DNA from: Macrostomum hystrix
Taxonomy: Eukaryota > Animalia > Platyhelminthes
Assembly (NCBI GenBank): GCA_950097015.1
Contig: CATNEN010000010.1
Location: 1,240,001 to 1,304,000, forward strand
Direction of reading: 5' to 3'
Length of the DNA: 64,000 bases
Position numbers and translations under genes: made by a program. Positions 35,101 through 46,360 of the stretch are shown here, piece by piece (position 1 is the stretch's first letter; each line of letters begins with the position of its first letter). Below the pieces are notes generated by a model. It did no database searches. It was given only the letters and a program-made list of their open reading frames with translations, and was not told the DNA's origin.

Positions 35101-38100
35101 GGCCTGGTTCGCGCGAGATGAAGCCAAGCCCGCAACGCAGAATGAGGTCTGGGAAGTGGGGGAATTTTCCCAGAGATTATACTAGAGTGAATACGAGCGT
35201 TTGAGGGGCGATAATGAGATGTGGGAGTTTCGAGCAAAATGGGAAGCCAGCGAGCGAGTGGATAGTCCCAACAGAGCACGAGAGACGATAGGGAAGTTAG
35301 GGAGATTGTGGGAGCATTTGGGAACTGAGTAGGCCTACTGCTGAGCAGGAGAAGTCCCAATTACGCTTATCAATCGGTAGCAGAGTGACTGGGGAGTAGC
35401 GGACCTGCCGGCTGGAATGAATTGAGATGGCAATCTCGCGCGCATTAGGATCCCGCCACAAATGCGACTCTCGAAATAAATATATGAAGCACCCACAGTA
35501 TCGATTTTCAACAGTGCGCGGGACTATTCGGCTATAAATCCAAGCGGGTGGAAAGCCATAAAGTAATAAAAATGCGAGTCGATTGCAAAGACTTCGGGTA
35601 GACTAGAAATTAGCATGGCAACACCTTCGGCAACGTCAATCAGAGGACAGCGGAATGCTCACTTGTTCCACGGCAGGATGCACAACCCGCAGCACTTGTT
35701 TAGATCGTCCAAATTCTTTTCGGCGTCCTTCATGTCCTGATTGATCTGGTCCATGCCCTCCTCGATGCGGTCGAGTTGTTCTGTGGATGCGAGCATATTT
35801 CAGTGGCTAGCATTGCTGCTCAAGATGTGTACAGCCAAAATCTATAATATTGATTATTAAATATGTGCAGCTGAATGCTACATCTGGTTTTTAGCTGGAG
35901 ACAATCTACAAATTGTCTCTGTCTTCCTCCTTCAAACACTTCGTCTACCCGTTCTAAGCTAGCCGCACATGTCTATAGGCCAGACTAGCTGGTTAAAAGT
36001 CCAACGATGCAAAAATAGGTTAGCATCTATTGTGCGGAAAATTGGAGTAAAATGTAAAAAATTAAACAACAGCTAAATCTAAGCTGCAAAGCTTTCTCAT
36101 AAATCCCTTCTCCTAATATATGGGAGACATGCAACAATCGTTTTATTGGAGTGGGAAAAACGCTGATAACAATAGACTGACTGGGTGGAATAGCCTTCGC
36201 TAAAACTAGACAATCTGTAGCAAGTAACAATGCCACTATTGTTGAACCTATTGTTAGTAGCATGTCATATGCCACCAGATAACTGGGCTGAATCTAACTA
36301 GAAATCATAGGAAACATTTGAATTGAAAAAGAAAAGCTTAAAGTTTGCAAAAATCTATTTAAAAGATTCTATATATAAAAGAAACACAACAATCGATTAG
36401 TTATGCATAGACACAGCAATAAATAGAGTGGATAGTTAAGCAAGCCAACTGACACAGAATGCGCTCTCTCTCTTACCGCCCTGATCGTCAAGCATGACGA
36501 GAGTCGAAATTCCGGCCTCCTTAGCCTGCGTTAGCGGTGTGTTTGTATGGTTGTTGTTCTTGTGGTTAAATATTGCGCAACGTGTGTGAGGTGCGAGAAA
36601 TAAGCGGTGCGACTCAAGTATCTGGCAATTCGATTCCGTTACAAATTTATAAACGATATTATACTAGTGTGGGTCTAAGATTATGTACTAATAAATGCAA
36701 TTAAGCTACATTAGAATGTAATCGGTTAGCCACAATAGCCAGATAGGAGCTTGTTAAGTCCTCGCCGAGCTTCACCATTTGAATCAGATCCGAATAATAA
36801 ATCGCCTAATTTTTTGGTCAATATCGCCAAAGGATCAATATCTAGGTCCTGATTTTCACTTCATTTAACTGAGCAACATTCCAGCTAAGTGACACATTGC
36901 CCATTCCGAAAACAAGCTTTGTTGTCACGGATATAGCATATAGCTAGTAGCATTAACATGGAAGACCTACTGGCGTCTTGGTTCAGAGTTAATAACTTAT
37001 TTTAATAGGGGTATCCAAGGCTAACGCTGGTTGCTATGCAGCAAGCAGGCCGGATATATCGATATAATTAGACGGCATTAGAAGCGACACAATCAATGAG
37101 AAAAAAAACAAATTTTGTCCCCTAAAGCAGCTCGGCTTTGGCTTGAATGAAACCTCCAATCACTCGTTAGCCAATAATGGCATGAAACAAAGGCAAAGAC
37201 CGACGTTAAGCTTGGCGGAACAACAAAGAAGCATATCAAGCGCCACCAACATTTAGCTTGACAAGAGGGCCTGACAGCTTGAATAGCCCTAACTTCGGCC
37301 ACTCTTACCGCCTTGATCGTCCAGATGTACCAATGTAGTAATGGCTGATTCCTTTGCCTGTGCAGTACATGCGCGGAGGTCAGCGCAATAAGTTATCGTT
37401 ATAACAAAAAGCCCACTAGAATCTATACATCTATAGCATCTATGAATAATGGAGTTGACAGACCGAACCGATAATAGACAGTTTGCACCTTGTAAAAGCT
37501 TATCGGCTAGCTTGAGCATGAAAGCCCTATGCATCAGTCTGAGCAAGACAGTTCATGTGATCTTCAATTGTCTTCACATGTGTCAAAACCCAACACTTCA
37601 AGTCCTTGGTAGTGAGCGATGCGATTTAAACTCACTACGGAAGGCACAGCATAACACAGATCTGCAGTCGACACTGAGAATAAAGCACCAGGCATTGCTG
37701 TCATCTACTGCAAACGAGGTTGCTATAGCTTCAAAAAACGCCCTCCGGAGGGGCCAAATGACAGACAGCTCAAGGCAGGACTTAATCAAATTTCCCCCTT
37801 TTCTTTCTCTATAAATTAATTACTCGGAGCTGCTTAATCCGTGTGTCCAAGGGCGCGCACTTCCAATCAGATCAGCTCGCTGCCCTGCTCAATCTGGAAA
37901 TTATATTCACTTCTGGTCGACTAGACCGAAAAAATCGACAGAAATTCTAGAGCTTCCGACCGCCGCAGGCGCCTTGTCTATGCAACTGTGTGTAGTGCAT
38001 AGCTCTGCAGATATGCCACTTCAACAGAAGAACAATCTTTTCTTGCCAACAAGTACACACGCAGTGCAGCTTCCCACAAAAGGAAATCCGCATTCCCTTT

Positions 38101-41100
38101 CTACGCCTGAGAAGCAAGTTGAAGGGCTGGTGGGCGAGAGTGAAGTGCAAGGAGCGGAGAAGACCCGCTCTCCGCCTCACATCAGATGAGAGTCTCGAGC
38201 TGGCCCGCCACCACCTGATGCCGGAGTCACTCGATGAACGTCAAGGCTGGCATGCGATTGGGCTGGGGCATCGATGGCCATTCAATATATGCAAATAAAC
38301 AGATGCTGGCCCGGTCAGGAAACTGCAGAACAGCTGCTTCTGCCAGCAGAGACAAAAACAAATTTATCCACAGCAAAACTATAGGAAAGCAATTTACATG
38401 AGCCATTAAAAACAACTGACAAACAATAAACTATGAACCATGGCGGGCAATGAGAAACAAGGCCCAGCTTACCTCTTCGCAGAGAGCAACCATTCTTCGT
38501 GTGGACTCCAGCGACTGAAATTGAGAGAAGGATGAAGCAGTTGGATTACTGAGTGCCTCGCATGGAGAAAAAAATCATTATCTTAACCTTAACAGATTTT
38601 CAAAGAAAATTACACCAAAGGGCTACATGTTGGGATGAGAAGGAATGATATTATCTACCATAGCATAGCGAACTATAAGACGATTATTGTTAAAAGCATT
38701 TCTCCGCCTTTCACCCCGCCAGGGCAGGACGGGATGGACAGCCGGCGAGATGGGAGAAAGTGATCCCTGTGGGTGAGGGGGGGGGGCAACCCGCGTTAAG
38801 TCGGCTGCAGCGATGAGGAAGGCAGATGGAATGCAGGGCGGGGCCGTAAGCCCTCCGGGTTGTGAGGTGGGTCCAGCGCTGGCACGGACGGATACGAATC
38901 GGCGTCGACTGAAGCAGAAACAAGCGGCCGAGACAGAGCGGAATAATAATAATAAAACACGAAACACAAGTGGGCAGTAAAAGCCGAGCTGTCACACACA
39001 CACAGAGCCGGACAGTTGGGGCAGCGGGAGACGCACAAAAAACTGGAGAACAGATTGAACGCAGCATCCGCCCGGCGCATCTCAGGGTTCTCAGTTCTCA
39101 CGCACGATCAATCCCTTAGTTCTTGAGCGCACAGAAAGAAGGCACGATTGAGAGTCGACTTTGACATTAAAATGACAAGAAGCGGCCGAGCTTTTCTCGT
39201 ACAAATTTCCTAGTTTTTTCTATTCTCATCTCAGCCAACTGGAGCAGCTAATTCGGGGAGAAAGCTGGAAAAACTTTATTTGAAAGAAGAGGAAGGCCTC
39301 AGAAATAGCTAAAGAGAAATGCAAAGAGACGGTGAGCGGAAGAGGCACAAAGGACGCTGTCAAGTATTACGCTCGTATATAGTGGCTGCAGCGGATACAA
39401 TGGAACGAGCACTAACTTTTAGTACTTGGCAGTGAGAGCTACGTGACCCTGGCACTGTTGCCCGAGGGCAATCCGATAGGAATTATGGGAAAATGCGAAT
39501 AACTCTTTCTCTGTTATCCTTAATCACAAGTACGATACTCGCAAAAAAGAGAAATAATCGTTATTTCAATTTTTTGCATCCTTATGATCAAACATAGAGA
39601 ATAAGATATCTTGTCCGCTCATTTTGAGGATCTAGATATCTTGTCCGCTCATTTTGAGGATCTAGATATCTTGTCCGCTCATTTTGAGGATCTAGATATC
39701 TTATCCGCTCATTTTGAGGATCTAGATATCTTATCCGCTCATTTTGAATATCTAGATATCTTATCCGCTCATTTTGAATATCTAGATATCTTATCCGCTC
39801 ATTTTGAGGATCTAGATATCTTATCCGCTCATTTTGAGGATCTAGATATCTTATCCGCTCATTTTGAGGATCTAGATATCTTATCCGCTCATTTTGAATA
39901 TCTAGATATCTTATCCGCTCATTTTGAGGATCTAGATATCTTATCCGCTCATTTTGAATATCTAGATATCTTGTCCGCTCATTTTGAGGATCTAGATATC
40001 TTGTCCGCTCATTTTGAGGATCTAGATATCTTGTCCGCTCATTTTGAGGATCTAGATATCTTGTCCGCTCATTTTGAGGATCTAGATATCTTGTCCGCTC
40101 ATTTTGAGGATCTAGATATCTTATCCGCTCATTTTGAGGATCTAGATATCTTATCCGCTCATTTTGAGGATTTAGATCTATAGCCTGCTCATTTTGAATA
40201 TCTAGATATCTTATCCGCTCATTTTGAGGATCTAGATATCTTATCCGCTCATTTTTGAGGACCTAGATATCTTATCCGCTCATTTTGAGGATCTAGATAT
40301 CTTATCCGCTCATTTTGAGGATTTAGATCTATAGCCTGCTCATTTTGAATATCTAGATATCTTATCCGCTCATTTTGAGGATCTAGATGTCTTGTCCGCT
40401 CACTTTGAGTATCTAGATGTCTTGTCCGCTCATTTTGAGGATCTAGATATCTTATCCGCTCATTTTTGAGGACCTAGATATCTTATCCGCTCATTTTGAG
40501 GATCTAGATATCTTATCCGCTCATTCTGATGAACTAGATCTATTGCTGCTCATTTTGAGGATTTAGATCTATAGCCTGCTCATTTTGAATATCTAGATAT
40601 CTTATCCGCTCATTTTGAGGATCTAGATGTCTTGTCCGCTCACTTTGAGTATCTAGATGTCTTGTCCGCTTATTTTGAGTATCTAGATATCTTATCCGCT
40701 CACTTTGAGTATCTAGATGTCTTCTCCGCTTATTTTGAGTATCTAGATGTCTTGTTCGCCTATTTTGAGTATGTAGATATCTTATCCGCTCACTTTGAGT
40801 ATCTAGATGTCTTCTCCGCTTATTTTGAGTATCTAGATATCTTATCCGCTGTTTTTGAGTATCTAGATGTCTTGTCCGCTTATTTTGAGTATCTAGATAT
40901 CTTATCCGCTCATTTTGAATATCTAGATATCTTATCCGCTCATTTTGAGGATCTAGATATCTTATCCGCTCATTTTGAGGATCTAGATATCTTATCCGCT
41001 CATTTTGAGGATCTAGATATCTTATCCGCTCATTTTGAATATCTAGATATCTTATCCGCTCATTTTGAGGATCTAGATATCTTATCCGCTCATTTTGAAT

Positions 41101-44100
41101 ATCTAGATATCTTGTCCGCTCATTTTGAGGATCTAGATATCTTGTCCGCTCATTTTGAGGATCTAGATATCTTGTCCGCTCATTTTGAGGATCTAGATAT
41201 CTTGTCCGCTCATTTTGAGGATCTAGATATCTTGTCCGCTCATTTTGAGGATCTAGATATCTTATCCGCTCATTTTGAGGATCTAGATATCTTATCCGCT
41301 CATTTTGAGGATTTAGATCTATAGCCTGCTCATTTTGAATATCTAGATATCTTATCCGCTCATTTTGAGGATCTAGATATCTTATCCGCTCATTTTTGAG
41401 GACCTAGATATCTTATCCGCTCATTTTGAGGATCTAGATATCTTATCCGCTCATTTTGAGGATTTAGATCTATAGCCTGCTCATTTTGAATATCTAGATA
41501 TCTTATCCGCTCATTTTGAGGATCTAGATGTCTTGTCCGCTCACTTTGAGTATCTAGATGTCTTGTCCGCTCATTTTGAGGATCTAGATATCTTATCCGC
41601 TCATTTTTGAGGACCTAGATATCTTATCCGCTCATTTTGAGGATCTAGATATCTTATCCGCTCATTCTGATGAACTAGATCTATTGCTGCTCATTTTGAG
41701 GATTTAGATCTATAGCCTGCTCATTTTGAATATCTAGATATCTTATCCGCTCATTTTGAGGATCTAGATGTCTTGTCCGCTCACTTTGAGTATCTAGATG
41801 TCTTGTCCGCTTATTTTGAGTATCTAGATATCTTATCCGCTCACTTTGAGTATCTAGATGTCTTCTCCGCTTATTTTGAGTATCTAGATGTCTTGTTCGC
41901 CTATTTTGAGTATGTAGATATCTTATCCGCTCACTTTGAGTATCTAGATGTCTTCTCCGCTTATTTTGAGTATCTAGATATCTTATCCGCTGTTTTTGAG
42001 TATCTAGATGTCTTGTCCGCTTATTTTGAGTATCTAGATATCTTATCCGCTCACTTTGAGGAACTATTGCTGCTCATTTTGAGGATCCAGATCTATAGCC
42101 TGCTCATTTTGAGGATCTAGACGTATTGTCCGCTCATTTTGAGTATCTAGACGTATTTTCCGCTCATTTTGAGGATCTAGATGTATAAAACATTCTGAGA
42201 GTGATAATTGACTTTAGTTTCGGAACAGTAATTAAAGAAAACATCGAGCGAGATAAAAAGGACGCACTTCATTTTGAGCCCGATCAATCTCCATCATCAA
42301 CTCTTCGGCCTCAGTGAGCGGCCTGGGCTCGCCGTTCTCGTCCAGGTGGACATCCCTGGCGTCAGCTGGCTGGTTGCGCCTGTTGGCCATTTTTCGACGT
42401 GGTTGAATGAGTGCCGCTTTAAATCGCAAAGACTTGCGCAGACGAATCAAAAAAAGAAGCAAAGAACCGAAAGAAAAGGAAGCTGGTGACAGGAAACAAT
42501 CTCAGCAGAAAGTGGACTGTAGTTGGCAGGATGACTCAATCACGCTGGCAGCAGCCGCCATGAGGCTCAGATTAGCAAGAGAAAACCAAAAAATTCGCTG
42601 GACCGGGCGCTCCTTCGGTGGCCTCGCGTTTCGGCCTAGTTAAGCCCCTTTTATTTTAAAGCTCAGGACGATGGAAATGGGGAGGAGGCGGGGAAGACTA
42701 AGGAAAATGGGAGATGGGTTTGAGGTGCTGGGGTGGCTGACAAGTTTAGGAATGCCAGCGGGTAGGCCGGCCAGCTTCGCAAAAGGGCTTGGGGGTTGCG
42801 CGAATTCTCAGATTATGCATAGGGGGTATGTTTGCATGGAAAGAGTTGGCCGGAGGCAGATCCGCAGCCATAGACTGGAGCTGGAGTTTGGAAAGGAGAC
42901 GAGGTGGAGGAAAGGAGACACCAGGGATCGAGTGGGACAGCGCGGCACTGGCCAAGGGGGTTCCCGCCAATGACGCCGCTCGTCTACAGGCGAGGGGCAA
43001 GGACGCGCCAACCCCAGACGATCCTCATTGCCAATCATGGAGTAGTTGGCGACGGGCAGTGGCAGCAGCAACTGACACATCAATAGTGAGGCTGTAAAAT
43101 AGAAAGGCTGTCAGGGACAACTGGGATGAAAAAAGCGGGGAAGCAGGATGAATGGCGTGGGGTTGGAGGCTGGAGCTGGAAATCCAGACCGCCCTACGCA
43201 GAATAATTTCTCCGAAGTCCGCTTTCTTTCCAGCCAGAGCAACTTGGCATTTATGCACTCACACTCTCAGCCTCCTCAATCCTTCATCGCCCAACCACTG
43301 AGCAAGCCGTAGATATCTTCTGAGACTGAAAATTTCAGCGCCCTACTCAACCTCCGATAGACTTCCCCTCTGGCCGGCGGGTTAATTAGCAAGTGTGTGT
43401 AAAGCCGGCCGGCATTAGCGACACAGCGCTGGGGCAGAGGCTGGGAGCACTGAGCCAGGGGGATAAAGAAAACGGGTAGTGCTAGGATTTAAAGACCAGA
43501 ACGAGCTGTACTAGAGTCTCAGGGTACAGGGAAATGAGGACAGGGGCTTAGATATATCTAAAGGGGAAATTGAGAAGCGCAGAGAGGGCAACCTTGCATT
43601 GATCAATAAACCTGGAGCAAGTGTGAGCGAAAGAGAGAAGAGACTGTAAACTAATGCGTTCCTGGTAAGTACACGGACCCAAACTGAGTCAACAATAAAG
43701 CGAGAGCAGTAAGACTTGGACTTTCATGCACTTCATCAGCAGAGAAGCGAAGTTCCTGCTCAATCTCTGCGCACCGTAAAAGACACGGTTAATCAATTAC
43801 CGCACTTACTGCCGCCACGGTGAAGATAAAAACCCTATTAAATTGATCAGTGGCTACGGTAGTCTAGTACGCTATCACAGTAAGCCATTCTGAATGGTGC
43901 GACTAAGCATATAGCAAACCGTCATTTTTTGGTCTAAATACATAGCAATAGCTATCTGATTGTAAAAAGCGAATTTACTTATATATTATCACTGAATTAA
44001 AGGCAAGAACAATATTTTACTTTTAATGAGCTGACGACCGAATTGACGCTAAAGAAATTTTATGACGCGTATGATAACGCACGCAAAGGCAGACTTTCTA

Positions 44101-46360
44101 GTAGTATATAAATAATACGAAATTATTATCGACCGATCGACCAATTCAATCAGCTGAGCGCTAGACTGGAGAGCCCAAGCGAAGACGGCAGTTTGGGGCA
44201 ACTGTAACTGGTCTGATCAGTCGGTGAATGCCAAAGTCCTAACTGGCTCCCCATGCATCATCACTCGACACATCCCACCGCTGCCACCCAGTCGACTCCG
44301 CGCTTGTCCGACTTATCATTTGATATTTGATTTGATCGGACGGGCCAAAACTGAGGCAGGGATAGGGTTGCCGGAGAGGAAAGGCGGGGCCAGGAGGGGA
44401 CGAGGAAGGCCTTGACAAACAAGGATCAGAAAGAGAGAAAGAGAGGAGATAAGAGGAGAAGTAAGTCCGATTTGCCAGAGTTAGTCAGTAGGGAAATTAA
44501 CTTAATCAAGGCCGCACCCTAAGCCTCATCCTGACAGCAAGAATATATATAAATAGATATACATATACATAAATGCATGAAGCAGCAGAAGCACGCATGG
44601 CATCGGGCCGCAGGTCTGAGTGAGACCAAACCTTCTGCCTCCGGTCGGACACGGGAACCGTCCGTCAACCCTCCATCCTCCCCGGTCCTTCAAGCGCAAT
44701 TCCACAGGGGACGCGCCGCGCCGGCCTGAAGGCGAGCGAGCGCAAATTGAGATTGCTTCGGGGTCTGGGGAGCAGCAGGACCCGGTTAGAACAGTTCGAT
44801 GAAAAAATGGACAGAAAAGCAGCGGCTACTCGAATTGTTTCGCAAAATAGTTCAGCCAGGATCAGGTGAATGCAGGAACCATAGACTCTTTCTCCATGTT
44901 CGATAGGCATCAAACTAGCTAATTAAAGAGCGTCGCTTGCAGCGGAAACAGTTTTAAGTCAGATAAGTGTACGACTTTGTAAGACTAAGCTTAAGGAAAA
45001 GCGAAAGCAAACTGAACTAAATCGAAATACACACCAGAAAATATGCATTTTAGAACAGTTAGACATGTGCAGAAAGATTGGTAAAAAGATAGTAAAACTA
45101 AAATAAACAAGTACCTCTCATGCACTAATCCGCTTTATGCACAAAGCGATTAACTGGAGATACAAATAAGGAAAAAAACATCTAACACTAATGGAAAATG
45201 TGCGATTGTAAAGACTGAAATTAGGTAATGCATTTGACAACTTAAATGTAAACATAAAGTGTGATTTGTTGATGAAATTCAGGATGAATAATGAGCAACT
45301 TACCCACAGACACGAATTAATATGTTGAATTACATCTGCATCTATAGATATTATTTTGGTTTGGAATCCAAATAAGCTATCAAAAAGATAAGGCTAAAAT
45401 CATCCTCGCAACTGACATTTCCAGCGATTTCTTATGTGCGCATCTGCTAAGTTGCCTAAATCACAAGACCCTACTTATAGTAGAACATTATGAATGCGGA
45501 AGTATTCATAAGATTAAGATTTTTATTATATTATAACAAAATTGTAATAGTATGCTTGCTGCTGTCAGGAACCAGCTGAAGGGAAGGCTGTCAGGAACCA
45601 GCTGAAGGGAAAGCTGTCGGGAACCAGCTGAAGGGAAAGCTGTCAGGAACCAGCTGAAGGGAAAGCTGTCAGGAACCAGCTGATGGGAAAGCTGTCAGGA
45701 ACCTGCTGAAAGAAAGGCTGTCAGGAACCAGCTGAAGGAAAGGCTGTCAGGAACCAGGTAAAGGGAAGGCTGTCAGGAACCAGCTGAAGGAAAGGCTGTC
45801 AGGAACCAGCTAAAGGAAAGGCTGTCAGGAACCAGCTAAAAGGGAAGGCTGTCAGGAACCAGGTAAAGGAAAGGCTGTCAGGAACCAGCTAAAGGGAAGG
45901 CTGTCAGAAACCAGCTAAAGGGAAGGCTGTCAGGAACCAGCTGATGGGAAAGCTGTCAGGAACCAGCTGATGGGAAAGCTGTCAGGAACCTGCTGAAAGA
46001 AAGGCTGTCAGGAACCTGCTGAAGGGAAAGCTGTCAGGAACCAGCTGATGGGAAAGCTGTCAGGAACCAGCTGAAGGAAATGCTGTCAGGAACCAGCTGA
46101 AGGAAAGGCTGTCAGGAACCAGGTAAAGGGAAGGCTGTCAGGAACCAGCTGAAGGAAAGGCTGTTAGGAACCAGCTGAAGGGAAAGCTGTCAGGAACCAG
46201 GTAAAGGGAAGGCTGTCAGGAACCAGCTGAAGGAAAGGCTGTCTTTAGATCAGACTAAAAAGTAAATAAAACTTACCTCATCAGTTTTCTGATTCATTAG
46301 AAGTTGAATTTCTTGCAATTCTGTTTGGGGTCCATCTTGAGCTGAATGAACATGTGCCAT
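29149..46360 (-). CDS. SNAP25: SNAP-25 (Qb/Qc t-SNARE); exons [46360-46277 or 42390-42268], 38514-38473, [37357-37309 or 36525-36477], 35780-35663, 32269-32147, 31984-31840, 29211-29149
   Basis: [14 protein letters not shown]; [29 protein letters not shown] palmitoylation cluster; [36 protein letters not shown]; all phases close; exon sizes 42/49/118/145 as in vertebrate SNAP25. Confidence 0.95.
29320..30015. repeat. 42-bp minisatellite, ~16 copies (GCACTGAATCTCATTGGGACATGTGTGGTGTCTGATCAAACT)
   Basis: Direct period 42; in the last SNAP-25 intron. Confidence 0.95.
30870..31035. repeat. Second cluster (~4 copies) of the same 42-bp unit
   Basis: CTGATCAAACTGCACTGAATCTCAGTGGACATGTGTG as in 29320..30015. 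Confidence 0.9.
31583..31797 (+). mobile_element. tRNA-derived SINE family A copy in SNAP-25 intron
   Basis: TAGCCTAGTGGTCAG A box, GTTCGATTCC B box, CORE-like GCAAGACACCTAACTC and the same tail as 12872..13071. Confidence 0.75.
32001..32125. repeat. 26-bp repeat, ~4.5 copies, filling a 162-nt SNAP-25 intron
   Basis: GAGTGAAACAAGAGTGACACTGCTGA, period 26. Confidence 0.85.
32478..32732. repeat. 34-bp purine-rich minisatellite, ~7.5 copies
   Basis: GAGACTAGGAGGGTAGTAGGAGGGGTAGAAAGAG, period 34. Confidence 0.95.
36477..36525 (-). CDS. SNAP25: SNAP-25 alternative exon 3b ([16 protein letters not shown])
   Basis: 49 nt, CTAACGCAG acceptor, GTAAGA donor, phase 0 to 1. Confidence 0.9.
37309..37357 (-). 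CDS. SNAP25: SNAP-25 alternative exon 3a ([16 protein letters not shown])
   Basis: 49 nt, TGCACAG acceptor, GTAAGA donor, phase 0 to 1. Confidence 0.85.
39598..42185. repeat. 30-bp satellite, ~86 copies, with a 1141-bp higher-order duplication
   Basis: Unit TCCGCTCATTTTGAGGATCTAGATATCTTA; variant blocks recur at +1141 (40183/41324, 40632/41773). Confidence 0.95.
42268..42390 (-). CDS. SNAP25: SNAP-25 alternative first coding exon 1B (MANRR...[18 protein letters not shown])
   Basis: 41 codons, phase-0 GTGCGT donor, aligns with the SNAP-25 PxTELEEL...DE N-terminus. Confidence 0.8.
45561..46243. repeat. 26-bp minisatellite, ~26 copies (CTGTCAGGAACCAGCTGAAGGGAAAG)
   Basis: Direct period 26. 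Confidence 0.95.
46277..46360 (-). CDS. SNAP25: SNAP-25 alternative first coding exon 1A ([28 protein letters not shown])
   Basis: 28 codons, GTAAGT donor in phase 0, strong resemblance to invertebrate SNAP-25 N-termini (PxTELxEIQ..N..TDE). Confidence 0.85.

Noticed and set aside
36750-36800. [10 protein letters not shown] as a third copy of the SNAP-25 49-nt exon
   Set aside because: No GT donor at the homologous position and weak similarity
39611-42120. ORFs of repeated [10 protein letters not shown]
   Set aside because: Open only because the 30-bp unit lacks a stop in that frame; TTG starts, antisense in a SNAP-25 intron, broken by single-base indels
16945-46243. Regular 30-43 bp arrays as possible CRISPR arrays
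   Set aside because: Head-to-tail units with no unique spacers, no cas genes, eukaryotic context
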